From Campylobacteraceae bacterium (GTDB lineage Bacteria; Campylobacterota; Campylobacteria; Campylobacterales; Arcobacteraceae): a stretch of 64,000 nt of DNA. Both the position numbers and the translations under genes were made by a program. Below, piece after piece: positions 8,961-19,050 of this stretch. The DNA is taken from positions 9,945 through 73,944 of the forward strand of contig JABXII010000023.1 of NCBI GenBank assembly GCA_013373175.1. The letters run 5' to 3'. Position 1 is the first letter of the stretch; each line of letters opens with the position of its first letter. Below the pieces are notes generated by a model. It ran no database searches. It saw only the letters and a list, made by a program, of their open reading frames with translations, and was not told the origin of the DNA.

Positions 8961-10649
8961 TTGAGAAGTAATGAGATAAAAAAAGGCTATGACAGAACGC
9001 CTCATAGGTCACTATTAAGAGCTACAGGATTAAAAGATGAAGATTTTGATAAACCATTTATTGGTGTAGCAAACTCTTTTATTGAGCTAATTCCAGGACA
9101 CTTCTTTTTAGATAAAGTTTCTGCAATCATAAAAGAAGAGATTAAAGCAAATGGTTGTGTTCCATTTGAGTTTAATACTATTGGTGTTGATGATGGTATT
9201 GCAATGGGACATGATGGAATGTTATTCTCACTTCCATCAAGAGAATTAATTGCTAACTCTATTGAAACAGTAATGAATGCCCACAAACTTGATGCAATGA
9301 TTGCTATTCCAAACTGTGACAAAATTGTTCCAGGGATGATTATGGGTGCATTAAGAGTTGATGTTCCAACTGTATTTGTTTCTGGTGGACCAATGCAAAA
9401 AGGTCATACTAAAGATGGTGCTCCTATTGATTTAGCTACTGCTTTTGAAGCAGTTGGTAAATTTGAAAAAGGTGATATGAACGAAGAAGAGTTAAAAGAT
9501 ATCGAATGTAATGCCTGTCCAAGTGGTGGTTCATGCTCTGGTATGTTTACTGCTAACTCTATGAATACTTTAATGGAAGCTATGGGTATTGCTCTTCCAG
9601 GAAATGGAACTATCTTAGCACTTACTCCTGAAAGAGAAGAGTTATATAGAAAAGCAGCTAGAAGAATTTGTGAAATTGCAAAAGATGAAAAAGCAAGTGA
9701 AGAGTTCAAATTAAGAAATATTTTAAATGAAAATGCAGTAAGAAATGCTTTTGCAGTTGATATGGCAATGGGTGGTTCTTCAAATACTGTTTTACATATG
9801 TTAGCAATCGCAAAAGAAGCTGGTGTTAATTTTAATTTAGAAGATATTAACTCTATTTCTAAAAAAGTTTCTCATATTGCTAAAATTTCTCCATCATTAT
9901 CTACTGTTCATATGGAAGATATCAATAAAGCTGGTGGTGTAAATGCAGTTATGAAAGAGATGTCAAAAAGAGGTAAAGATATTTTAATTGACAATCCAAC
10001 TATTGGTGGAATTTCAACTTTAGAAAAAATCAAAGACGCTGAGATTAAAGATACAAATATCATTCATACTATTGATAACCCATATTCACAAGTTGGTGGA
10101 TTAGCGATTCTTTATGGTAATCTAGCAGAGCAAGGTGCTGTTATAAAAACTGCTGGTATCACAGGAGATAGAGTTTTCACAGGGAAAGCTGTATGTTTTG
10201 ATGGACAACCAGAAGCAATCAAAGGTATTGTAGAAGGTAAAGTTCAAGCTGGTAATGTAGTTGTTATTAGATATGAAGGTCCTAAAGGTGGCCCAGGGAT
10301 GCAAGAGATGCTAGCGCCTACTTCACTTATCATGGGAATGGGTCTTGGAGATAAAGTTGCATTAATAACTGATGGTAGATTCTCTGGAGCTACTAGAGGT
10401 GCTTCAATTGGTCACGTAAGTCCAGAAGCTGCAGAAGGTGGAATGATTGGTTTATTAAAAGATGGTGATGAAATTCACATTGACGTTGACCAATATATTT
10501 TATCTGTAAATTTAAGTGATGAAGAAATTGCAAAAAGAAAAGCAGAATTCACACCTCTTAAAAAACCTCTTAACTCTTCTTGGTTAGGACAATATAGAGC
10601 ACTTGTAACAAATGCAAGCTCTGGTGCAGTACTTAAAACTGACCTTTAA
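8961..10649 (+). CDS. ilvD: Dihydroxy-acid dehydratase
   Basis: [60 protein letters not shown]. Confidence 0.98.
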   Translation: MRSNEIKKGYDRTPHRSLLRATGLKDEDFDKPFIGVANSFIELIPGHFFLDKVSAIIKEEIKANGCVPFEFNTIGVDDGIAMGHDGMLFSLPSRELIANSIETVMNAHKLDAMIAIPNCDKIVPGMIMGALRVDVPTVFVSGGPMQKGHTKDGAPIDLATAFEAVGKFEKGDMNEEELKDIECNACPSGGSCSGMFTANSMNTLMEAMGIALPGNGTILALTPEREELYRKAARRICEIAKDEKASEEFKLRNILNENAVRNAFAVDMAMGGSSNTVLHMLAIAKEAGVNFNLEDINSISKKVSHIAKISPSLSTVHMEDINKAGGVNAVMKEMSKRGKDILIDNPTIGGISTLEKIKDAEIKDTNIIHTIDNPYSQVGGLAILYGNLAEQGAVIKTAGITGDRVFTGKAVCFDGQPEAIKGIVEGKVQAGNVVVIRYEGPKGGPGMQEMLAPTSLIMGMGLGDKVALITDGRFSGATRGASIGHVSPEAAEGGMIGLLKDGDEIHIDVDQYILSVNLSDEEIAKRKAEFTPLKKPLNSSWLGQYRALVTNASSGAVLKTDL

Positions 10650-10654
10650 TCTAT

Positions 10655-10686
10655 AAACAAAGTATGAGAAGACTCATACTTTGTTT
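10655..10686 (+). terminator. Intrinsic terminator after ilvD
   Basis: AAACAAAGTATGAG-AAGA-CTCATACTTTGTTT perfect stem ending in a T run. Confidence 0.85.
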
Positions 10687-10787
10687 TCACAATTCTTTAT
10701 TTTGTATTAATCTTTTATTTACAATTTATTCAGAAATAGTTTACATTTAGCTATTATAATTCTTTTTAAATATATTAGAAAGGATAA

Positions 10788-12212
10788 ATGAAAATGTTAA
10801 AAAAACTATTTTTCACAGTAATATTTATTGCTACATGTTCGTTTGCTGAATCAGTAAACTTTCAAATGGCTGACAAAAATCCGCAGAGAGTAGCTCCAAG
10901 TAACCCAAACCAAATTTTGTCATTTAATGATAGTATCAAAGATCCAATGAAATCAGTTGTAAATATTGCTGCAAAAAGAAGAGTATCTTCAAATGCAGGG
11001 AATATTCCATTTCAAATGTTCAATGACCCATTTTTGAGAAGATTCTTTGGTGACCAATTCAACGAGCAATTTGGACAAAACAGAATTCAAAGATCACTTG
11101 GTTCTGGTGTTATCATTTCAAAAGATGGATATATCGTAACAAACAATCATGTTATTGAAAATGCAGAAGAGATTATAATCACTATTGCAGACAATCCAAG
11201 AGAATATAATGCAAGAGTTATTGGAAAAGATTCAGATAGTGATTTAGCCGTTATCAAAATTGAAGGAAAAGATTTTGATGCTATTAATTTTGGCTACTCT
11301 GAAAACCTTCAAGTTGGAGATTTAATCTTTGCTATTGGTAATCCATTTGGTATAGGTACAACTGTAACTCAAGGTATTATCTCAGCACTTAATAAAGACC
11401 ATGTAGGTATCAATAGATATGAAAACTTTATTCAAACAGATGCATCTATTAACCCTGGAAACTCAGGTGGTGCTTTAGTTGATAGTAGAGGTGCTTTAAT
11501 TGGTATAAATAGTGCAATTATCTCTAAATCTGGTGGAAACAATGGTATTGGATTTGCAATTCCTGTTTCTATGGTAAAAGATGTTGTTAAAAAACTTATT
11601 GAAGATGGAAAAGTTACAAGAGGATACTTAGGTGTTGTTATTGGAGAACTTGACCAAAGAGTTTCAAAACTTTATAAAAGATCAGGCGGTGCACTTATTT
11701 TAGATGTTGCAAGTGATACACCAGCTTCAAAAGCAGGACTAAAAAGAGGTGATTTAATTTACTCTATTAATAATCTTCCAATCAAAGATAGAAAAGATTT
11801 ACAAAATGTTATTGCATCATTTAAACCAAATCAAACAATAACTGTAAAACTTGAAAGAGATAAAAAAGATGTAAAGATAAACGTAACTTTAGGAAATAGA
11901 GCGGGACTTGTAACTTCTGATTCAAATAATGGTAAGTTCTTAGGTGGACTTTTATTATCAGAACTTAATGCAAATGTTATTAAAAGATTTAGACTAAGTT
12001 CAAACACAAAAGGTGTTTTAGTAGTAAATGTTGAGCCAAATTCAGACGCTGAGAAAGTTGGATTTGAACCAGGAGATGTTATTATACAGATTGAAGATAT
12101 TGAAGTTAAAAGCTTCCCTGATATGCAACAAGCAATAAGAAAGTATAATAAAAAACTAAAAAGAATTTATGTAAATAGATATGGTCAGACAATTGTTCTA
12201 GCTATAAAATAA
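10788..12212 (+). CDS. htrA: HtrA/DegP/DegQ (Do family) periplasmic serine protease, two PDZ domains
   Basis: LGSGVII, TNNHVI, DLAVIKI, IQTDASINPGNSGGAL catalytic triad motifs, plus PDZ domains. Confidence 0.96.
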   Translation: MKMLKKLFFTVIFIATCSFAESVNFQMADKNPQRVAPSNPNQILSFNDSIKDPMKSVVNIAAKRRVSSNAGNIPFQMFNDPFLRRFFGDQFNEQFGQNRIQRSLGSGVIISKDGYIVTNNHVIENAEEIIITIADNPREYNARVIGKDSDSDLAVIKIEGKDFDAINFGYSENLQVGDLIFAIGNPFGIGTTVTQGIISALNKDHVGINRYENFIQTDASINPGNSGGALVDSRGALIGINSAIISKSGGNNGIGFAIPVSMVKDVVKKLIEDGKVTRGYLGVVIGELDQRVSKLYKRSGGALILDVASDTPASKAGLKRGDLIYSINNLPIKDRKDLQNVIASFKPNQTITVKLERDKKDVKINVTLGNRAGLVTSDSNNGKFLGGLLLSELNANVIKRFRLSSNTKGVLVVNVEPNSDAEKVGFEPGDVIIQIEDIEVKSFPDMQQAIRKYNKKLKRIYVNRYGQTIVLAIK

Positions 12213-12222
12213 AGGATTTCCT

Positions 12223-12897
12223 ATAATACAAGTACTAATGATAGAAGATGATTTAGAATTAGCTCAAATCATCACAGAGTATTTAGCCTCACAAGATATT
12301 GAAGTAACAAATACAGATAGCCCATACAATGGGCTATCTATGTTAAATCTAAAAAACTATGAATTAGTGATTTTAGACCTTACATTACCTGAAATAGATG
12401 GACTTGAAGTTATTCCTAAAATTAGAGAAAAATCTGATATTCCTATTATTATTTCAAGTGCAAGGGATGATATCCTTGATAAAGTAATGGGTCTAGAAAG
12501 AGGAGCAGATGATTATCTTCCTAAACCATATAATCCAAGGGAACTTCAAGCTAGAATCAAAGCCATTTTAAAAAGAATTGGTGGAACTGAAAAGAAAAAA
12601 GAAGAAGAGAAAAAAAGTGACTTTATACTAAAAGAAGATGATATGCAAATCATTTTTAAAGATGAATCACTTAATCTTACTCTTGCAGAATATGATATTT
12701 TAAGACTTCTTATTCAAAGAAATGGTGCAGTTATTGCAAGGGAAGATTTTATCTATACTAGTGACCATATTGAAGATGACAGCAGTTTAAAAAATATTGA
12801 TGTTATGATTTCAAGAATAAGAACAAAAATAGCTAAAATAGATGACTCAAAAACATATATAAAATCAGTACGTGGAATTGGTTATCAACTAGTATGA
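12223..12897 (+). CDS. OmpR-family response regulator (CprR/ArsR-like), probable ATA start
   Basis: REC (MIEDD, DLTLP, YLPKP) plus wHTH (SVRGIGYQL). In-frame ATA-ATA-CAA-GTA-CTA after AAGGA restores the first beta-strand (MIQVLMIEDD). The ORF track starts at 12238. Confidence 0.9.
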   Translation: MIQVLMIEDDLELAQIITEYLASQDIEVTNTDSPYNGLSMLNLKNYELVILDLTLPEIDGLEVIPKIREKSDIPIIISSARDDILDKVMGLERGADDYLPKPYNPRELQARIKAILKRIGGTEKKKEEEKKSDFILKEDDMQIIFKDESLNLTLAEYDILRLLIQRNGAVIAREDFIYTSDHIEDDSSLKNIDVMISRIRTKIAKIDDSKTYIKSVRGIGYQLV

Positions 12898-14114
12898 TTC
12901 GAAATATTTCTATCTCTGCTTTTATTAATACTATTTTTATTTTAGCTTTAATTGCTGTTTCTATTACCTTTGCAATTTTTATAAAGCTTGATAAGCAAAG
13001 ATACAATATCACTATGCAAAAAAAGTATGAACTTGTAGCAGAAAATATACTTAAATCACTTGAAAGTAAGCCTAATAATGCTGGCGTTAAGTTTATTGTT
13101 GGGCAATTTAAAATGGTGCAAGTTGATAAAAAAGAACTAAAACTAAAAATCATAAACAACGGTAAACCAATAATCCTAAGAGATACTCTTGATGGAGTAT
13201 ATAGAATTATTAGCTTAGATAATATTTTATATATTTATGTGCAAAGAGATGGTTATAACTTGATGATAAAAGATACTCAAAGTTATACTTATAATCTAAT
13301 GATTATTTCCCTTGCTATTGCTATTTCTCTTGGTGTACTTTTTTTACTATATTATATTTTAAAAAGAAAATTAAAACCTCTTAGAAGACTAAATAAAGAG
13401 ATTAAGAAGTTCTCAGAAGGTGACTTTAACGTAAAAATAAAATCAAATAGTAGTGATGAAATAGGAACTATTGCAAAAACTTTTGATGAAGCCTTAACAC
13501 ATATAAATAATCAAAGAAAATCAAAAGATTTATTTATGCGTAATATGATGCATGAATTAAAAACACCAATTACAAAAGCTATGTTTATTGCAGAGACTTT
13601 AGAAGATGAAAGAAAAAGAGATATGCTTCAAAAAGCTTTCCACCGTATGGACGATATCATCAAAGAGCTTGCAATGGTTGAAAAACTAACTTCAAGTAAT
13701 ACTTTTGTCTATAAAGAATTAACTTCATTTTTCAAAATTTATAAAAAGACTTTAGATATAGCCCTTTTAAGTCCAGATAAGATAAGTTCAAAGATAAAAG
13801 ACTTTAACCTAAATGCAGATACAGGAATGCTTTCTGTAGCACTTAAAAACCTAATTGACAATGCAATAAAGTTTTCACCAAACTCTCATGCGATATTAAA
13901 TGCGAATAAACACAGAATAGATATTATCTCAGAAGGGGAACCTTTAAAAGAGAGTCTTGAATACTACACAGAACCTTTTTCTCAAGAAGAGAAAAGAAGT
14001 GATGGTTTTGGTTTAGGTTTATATATTGTAAAAACTATTGCAAACTTGCATGGATTTAAATTAGTTTATAATCATAACAAAGGCAAAAACATCTTCTCTA
14101 TTTTGATAGATTAA
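12894..14114 (+). CDS. Sensor histidine kinase with HAMP domain (CprS/ArsS-like)
   Basis: Two TM, HAMP (SDEIGTIAKTF), H-box MHELKTP, NLIDNAIKF, GFGLGLYIV. Confidence 0.93.
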   Translation: MIRNISISAFINTIFILALIAVSITFAIFIKLDKQRYNITMQKKYELVAENILKSLESKPNNAGVKFIVGQFKMVQVDKKELKLKIINNGKPIILRDTLDGVYRIISLDNILYIYVQRDGYNLMIKDTQSYTYNLMIISLAIAISLGVLFLLYYILKRKLKPLRRLNKEIKKFSEGDFNVKIKSNSSDEIGTIAKTFDEALTHINNQRKSKDLFMRNMMHELKTPITKAMFIAETLEDERKRDMLQKAFHRMDDIIKELAMVEKLTSSNTFVYKELTSFFKIYKKTLDIALLSPDKISSKIKDFNLNADTGMLSVALKNLIDNAIKFSPNSHAILNANKHRIDIISEGEPLKESLEYYTEPFSQEEKRSDGFGLGLYIVKTIANLHGFKLVYNHNKGKNIFSILID

Positions 14115-14523
14115 CGTTTTTCATTGCTTCAAACCAGTTTCTATTAAAATTCTTTTTAATATATCTTTCTTTGTGTGGGACTAAACATCCTGCACAGTTT
14201 TGATGGATATAGTCTTCACCTTCAAATTGTGCACCATCTTTTGAGTCAATACTACAATAAGAGTAAAGAGTCTTATCGTCTTGTTTTTTTACACCATCAT
14301 CATCAAACCTAAAGTTGGGACAGGCACAGAAGTAGCAATTTAATTCTTTATAATCATGGCACTTTTTATTGTCTTTATATAAAGGACAAAAGTCAGGTTC
14401 ATTTTTTACCATATTATCAAACCTAAAATACTCAATAACCTCATCTTTAGTTTTGTCTTTTAATTTTTCCATTATCTTTGCATGTTTATTTCCATGTTCT
14501 AAATACCACTGTTTGTATGTCAT
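14098..14523 (-). CDS. Cysteine-rich small-domain (zf-like) protein
   Basis: FCPLY...C...LNCYFCACP...C...CxxCxxPH pattern. Confidence 0.75.
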   Translation of the reverse strand: MTYKQWYLEHGNKHAKIMEKLKDKTKDEVIEYFRFDNMVKNEPDFCPLYKDNKKCHDYKELNCYFCACPNFRFDDDGVKKQDDKTLYSYCSIDSKDGAQFEGEDYIHQNCAGCLVPHKERYIKKNFNRNWFEAMKNVNLSK

Positions 14524-14532
14524 TTTCTCTTC

Positions 14533-15219
14533 TTAAATATATATCATTTTTTTGGTCATTCCACCATCAATAGTAAAGTTACTACCTGTAATAAAACCTC
14601 TATTTTTTAATAAAAATTTTACTGTATCAACTATATCTGTTGGTGTACCTACTCTTCCTACAAGATGTTGTTCTTTATCTTCTTTTGTTGGAATATACTC
14701 TTTATTAGTATTTATCCATCCAGGACTAATAGAGTTTACTTTTATACCTTTTTCTAAAGAGTTTGCTAAAGCATGTGTTAAAGAACTAATTGCTCCTTTT
14801 GAAGCACTATATGCTTCAGTACCTTTTTCAGACATAACAGCTCTTGTAGAAGAGATATTTATAATATGCCCTTTTGATTTTTTTAATCTTTTAGCAAACT
14901 TTTTTGATAGTATATATGGTGCTCTTAAATTTATATTTAAAGTTTTATTCCACTCTTTAATAGTTTGCTCTTTTAAAGGTTTGTGTGAAAAAACAGCAGC
15001 GTTATTTATAAGAGCATAGATATCTTTGTGCTCTTTTTTTATCTTTTTTATTGTTTCTAGAAGCTCTTTTTTTGAACTCAAATCACAAGAATAAAACTCT
15101 ACACCCTTTGTATTGTTTTTTACAATATCAATATTTATAATTTTATATTTTTTTCGTAAAGCTTTTGCTAGTGCTCTTCCTATACCATTTGAAGCGCCAG
15201 TTATAATTATAGTTTTCAA
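14533..15219 (-). CDS. SDR family oxidoreductase
   Basis: TGASNGIG Rossmann motif, NNAA, YSASK, SPGWI. Confidence 0.93.
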   Translation of the reverse strand: MKTIIITGASNGIGRALAKALRKKYKIINIDIVKNNTKGVEFYSCDLSSKKELLETIKKIKKEHKDIYALINNAAVFSHKPLKEQTIKEWNKTLNINLRAPYILSKKFAKRLKKSKGHIINISSTRAVMSEKGTEAYSASKGAISSLTHALANSLEKGIKVNSISPGWINTNKEYIPTKEDKEQHLVGRVGTPTDIVDTVKFLLKNRGFITGSNFTIDGGMTKKMIYI

Positions 15220-15665
15220 TTTAACTCTTTACTGTCTATTATAAAAGTAACTGGACCATCATTTTGAATACTTACATCCATATATGCTCCAAACACTCCA
15301 CTTTGTACTTTTATACCTTGCATTGCAACTAGGTCTTTAAACTCTTCATAATATTCATTTGCAATTTTAGGGTCTTCACTTGCATCAAAACTAGGACGTC
15401 TTCCTTTTTTGATATTTCCTGCAAGGGTAAACTGAGAGATAATCAAAGCCTCCCCACCAACATCTAAAAGGGATAGGTTCATCTTGTCATTTTCATCTTG
15501 GAAGATTCTTAGATTTACTATTTTGTTTACTAGCTTTTGAATGTCCTCTTTTGTATCACCTTTTTTAACTCCAAGTAAGATATTTAGACCTTGTTTTATT
15601 TGCCCTACTATTTTATCCTCTACTTTTACAGAGGAAGATTTTACTCTTTGAATAACTGCTATCAT
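15216..15665 (-). CDS. dtd: D-aminoacyl-tRNA deacylase
   Basis: VIQRV, SQFTL, GRRPSF, FGAYM, NDGPVT. Confidence 0.97.
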   Translation of the reverse strand: MIAVIQRVKSSSVKVEDKIVGQIKQGLNILLGVKKGDTKEDIQKLVNKIVNLRIFQDENDKMNLSLLDVGGEALIISQFTLAGNIKKGRRPSFDASEDPKIANEYYEEFKDLVAMQGIKVQSGVFGAYMDVSIQNDGPVTFIIDSKELN

Positions 15666-16848
15666 TTATTTTCATCCTTGATTAAAATACCTGTTTCTAT
15701 GAAGTTGTTGATTTCAAGAAATTTTTCTTTATTTAGTCCTCTAATAATTTCTAATTGATAAAGATATAAATATAATACTTTTATATACCGCTTATTGTCT
15801 TTTACAAATTGAACAAATAAATCATTCTTGGACTGTTCTGATATTAATTCTTCATCTACTCTATCAATATTTACTCTATTTTTTTTAATACAAAAGTTGT
15901 TGAATAAGCTTAATAATGTAGATTGGTTAGAAAAAGTAGACAATAACTGTCTTAAATATAAATATTCTTCACCTTTATTATTTAATATAAAAATGAAAGA
16001 AGAATGAGTATTAATAAAGCAAATATTAGTAAGAATTAAAGCACGTACTATACTATCATTTACTTCTCTTTTTTTATCCCACTCTAAAAGATTATTTAAT
16101 ACTTGAATATATATTCTTGCATTTAATTCTTCTGTTTCTTCTATTGTTTTAAGTATTAACTCCCTATGTTCTTCTAAGTCTTTATATTTTTCTTCACTAT
16201 CAAATATTAAATTAAACAACTCTTCTATATTTGGATTATAGTACAAGTATTTTGATACAGTTTTCTCTTTTACATTTGAGAAAATATCTTTCTCTTTTCC
16301 TTCAAATACATCATCGTTTAGGATAATCACTATCTTACACCAAAGTTTAAAGATAGTTGTGTAATAAAACCAAAAAGGTCATTTAGGTCTATCTCTTTTG
16401 ATTTTCTTTCAAAATCATCAAAACAAATTATTCCACCATTGTTTAATCTTGATAAAGCAACTCTTTCTATATTATCTTCTTGCTCTTCTCGTAACCCATT
16501 TGCAATTTTCTTTGACCCAAATCTTTTCATTCTTTTTGTAAAAGTTGAAAAGCCATTAGTTACAAAGTTTTTTCCACCAATTGCATCATAGTAAACTTGT
16601 GAAAAAATATCATTTTCTATCTCTTCTATTGAGCTTTTACCATAAAGGCTAATATATGCATAAACTTCTCGTTTCTTTTTTAGCTCTTTTTTTAATTCTT
16701 CCCTTGCAATTTTATCTTGCCAAAAATGAGTTTTACCACTTCCCCATTTCCCTGATAGCATGATTACCTTGCCATTATTGTCATCACTTCTTAAATAACT
16801 AGTCTTACTACCTACTAAATATTCTTCTAAAACTTTTTGATTTGCCAT
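15662..16848 (-). pseudogene. KAP-family P-loop NTPase split by a 1-nt frameshift (ORFs 16330-16848 and 15662-16330)
   Basis: Walker A LSGKWGSGKT, YISLYG and Walker B ICFDDFERK lie in the first ORF. At ~16335-16341 TTT GGT GT AAG ATA GTG ATT ATC CTA AAC GAT reads FG(C)KIVIILNDD if one T is restored, which is the strand expected after Walker B. Confidence 0.75.
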
Positions 16849-16857
16849 TTTTACTCT

Positions 16858-17463
16858 TTACTTGTATTCTAAGGATTTAACTACTAACTTCTTATTCTTA
16901 AAGGGGTCAATTACCGCTTCTATCTCATCTAGTTTATACTTCAAAGGAAATCCTATTCTAGAGTTTGTTGCTGTTGTTTCTAGTTTATAATAAGCTTGAC
17001 CATTTACATAAAGAGCTTTTTTATTTGCTAATTTTTCTTGTAATTTTACTATTACAAAAACATGCTTTGGTACAAAGACAAAATAGGCTTCATAGCCTTT
17101 TGTTTTAAGTAGTGAGATAAGCAAGTTTGACTTATCATCACAGTCTCCAAAGTTTTGGTCAACTACATGCTTTGGACTTCTTGCCACACTTTTATTTACT
17201 TTATAAGGAATTCTTGTCACAAAATCAAGCATTGATTGTACTTCACAAAGTTCATTTCCTAAACAATTTTTTGTAAGAAAGTTTGAAAGTCTTTGTGTAT
17301 AGTAGTCTTGTCTAACTTGGTTTACATAAGTTGCGCCATCTATACTTATGAATTGATTTTTAACGATAAAAAATGATTTAAATAAAAAGGTTATCAAAAT
17401 AGCAAAAAATAGTACTGAAACTATAACTGCAATTTTATTTGCTAACTTACTATCAAAAAGCAT
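16858..17463 (-). CDS. Transglutaminase-like domain membrane-anchored protein
   Basis: N-terminal TM. FGDCDDKS, HVFV and LETT give a Cys-His-Glu/Asp triad-like arrangement. Confidence 0.82.
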   Translation of the reverse strand: MLFDSKLANKIAVIVSVLFFAILITFLFKSFFIVKNQFISIDGATYVNQVRQDYYTQRLSNFLTKNCLGNELCEVQSMLDFVTRIPYKVNKSVARSPKHVVDQNFGDCDDKSNLLISLLKTKGYEAYFVFVPKHVFVIVKLQEKLANKKALYVNGQAYYKLETTATNSRIGFPLKYKLDEIEAVIDPFKNKKLVVKSLEYK

Positions 17464-18391
17464 TTAAAGCCTTTTTTAAACCCTTAATATTGTTTAAAGA
17501 ACCCACATAAAAACTCACAAAGTATTCATCTATAAAATCATATTCTAAACAAGAGTTTATCATTACTCCATGCTTTTGAATTTGTTTTTTAAACTCATTT
17601 GAATCAATATTTTTAAGTCTTATTAAAAGTGAATTAGAATTACTTTGAAACATAGAATCTACAAACTTATGTTCTTGAAGTATTTTTTCTAGTTCTATTC
17701 TATTTTTGATATATATTGAGTTTGAGATAGTTGCAAATTTCTTATCTTTTAAGGCTTCTTCTAAATACTTTATCTCAAAACTTGATATCTTGTTTTCAGG
17801 TTCATATTTTCTTAAACTCTCAATACTCTTTTCACTTGCGAAAACTGTAGCTATGTTTAGATTCTTTCTAGCGTAAAACTTACTTAAATCTTTTACTATA
17901 AATAAGTTTTCATACTCTTCTAGGTATTTTATACATGAAGTTTTTCCACAAAAATCAATTAGTGTTTCATCTATAATAATTTTTGCATTTTTACTTGCCC
18001 AATACTCAAATAATTTATCAAGTTCATAAAATGTTCCATCTAAAAAAGAAGGGTTCATAAAAACCACTACACTCTCATCTTTGATTGGCAAATATATATT
18101 TTCAAATCTATTTATCAATCTTGTTTCATATCCTAAGTTATTTGAAGCTTCTTTATACTCTAAATTACAAGGAGAATAGATATAACAAAACTTTGAGTTT
18201 AAATATTTTAGAAGTGAATAAATAGAAGAAGAGAAGCCATTAAAAAGCTCTATATTTGTTTTATTTATTTTATATCTTTGTTCTAGTTGTGATAAAAGAG
18301 ATTGGTAACAATTACTTTCATCACATACTTCATTAAAATCAATTTGAATATCTGGCTTTAAAAAGTTAACTTCACTTCTAAAATCAAACAT
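17453..18391 (-). CDS. PLP-dependent aminotransferase class I/II (CobD/HisC-like)
   Basis: FMNPSFLDG, IIIDETLIDF, DLSKFY (PLP lysine). Confidence 0.8.
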   Translation of the reverse strand: MFDFRSEVNFLKPDIQIDFNEVCDESNCYQSLLSQLEQRYKINKTNIELFNGFSSSIYSLLKYLNSKFCYIYSPCNLEYKEASNNLGYETRLINRFENIYLPIKDESVVVFMNPSFLDGTFYELDKLFEYWASKNAKIIIDETLIDFCGKTSCIKYLEEYENLFIVKDLSKFYARKNLNIATVFASEKSIESLRKYEPENKISSFEIKYLEEALKDKKFATISNSIYIKNRIELEKILQEHKFVDSMFQSNSNSLLIRLKNIDSNEFKKQIQKHGVMINSCLEYDFIDEYFVSFYVGSLNNIKGLKKALNAF

Positions 18392-18991
18392 CTACAGACC
18401 TAAAAAGTTTTTTATTCCCGTAAATACAATTTGAGCAGATAAAGCTGCTAAAAAAAGTCCAGTGATTTTTGAGATTACAAGAAGTCCTTGCTTTCCTACT
18501 AATCTTTCTATGATAGAAGAAGAGTAAAGCATAATTCCTATAACTACAATTGCGCAGACAAGTGCTAAACTTCCTAAAAACATAGAACCATTTGTATCAA
18601 AGCCAGCACCCATTACAAGTAAAACCCCAATTGTTCCAGGGCCAATTGTAATAGGAATAGAAAGAGGTACAACTGCAAGTTCTTCGATATCTTTTTGTTC
18701 TACTTTTTGAGTATCTTTATTTCCTTTGATTAACTCCACTGCTGAAAGAAATAGTAAAGCCCCTGCTCCAATTCTAAAGGCATCTAAGGTGATACCAAAT
18801 ACTGCAAAAATATGCTTTCCAAAATAAAGTAATATTAAACTAATTATAATCACGGATAGAGTTACTTTAATAGCTAATGCTCTTTTTTGAGAAGAGCTTG
18901 CATCACTTGTAACTGTTAAAAAAACTGATAACACAAAAAATGGTGTCATAATGAAGAACATTTTTAAAAATGTCGAAAAGAATAATTCCAT
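18392..18991 (-). CDS. MarC family membrane protein
   Basis: IMTPF, FGITLDAFRIGAG, VVPLSIPITIGPG, KITGLFLAA. Confidence 0.93.
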   Translation of the reverse strand: MELFFSTFLKMFFIMTPFFVLSVFLTVTSDASSSQKRALAIKVTLSVIIISLILLYFGKHIFAVFGITLDAFRIGAGALLFLSAVELIKGNKDTQKVEQKDIEELAVVPLSIPITIGPGTIGVLLVMGAGFDTNGSMFLGSLALVCAIVVIGIMLYSSSIIERLVGKQGLLVISKITGLFLAALSAQIVFTGIKNFLGL

Positions 18992-19050
18992 TATACTTCC
19001 TAAAAACTATTAAGGAAGTATAACAAAATATAGTTTTATTTATTTTAGAA

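Noticed and set aside
8565-9005. ORFs 8565-9005 (-) and 8683-8964 (+)
   Set aside because: They overlap tRNA-Ser, tRNA-Leu and their promoter. The shared peptide with 7359-7565 only reflects the tRNA duplication.
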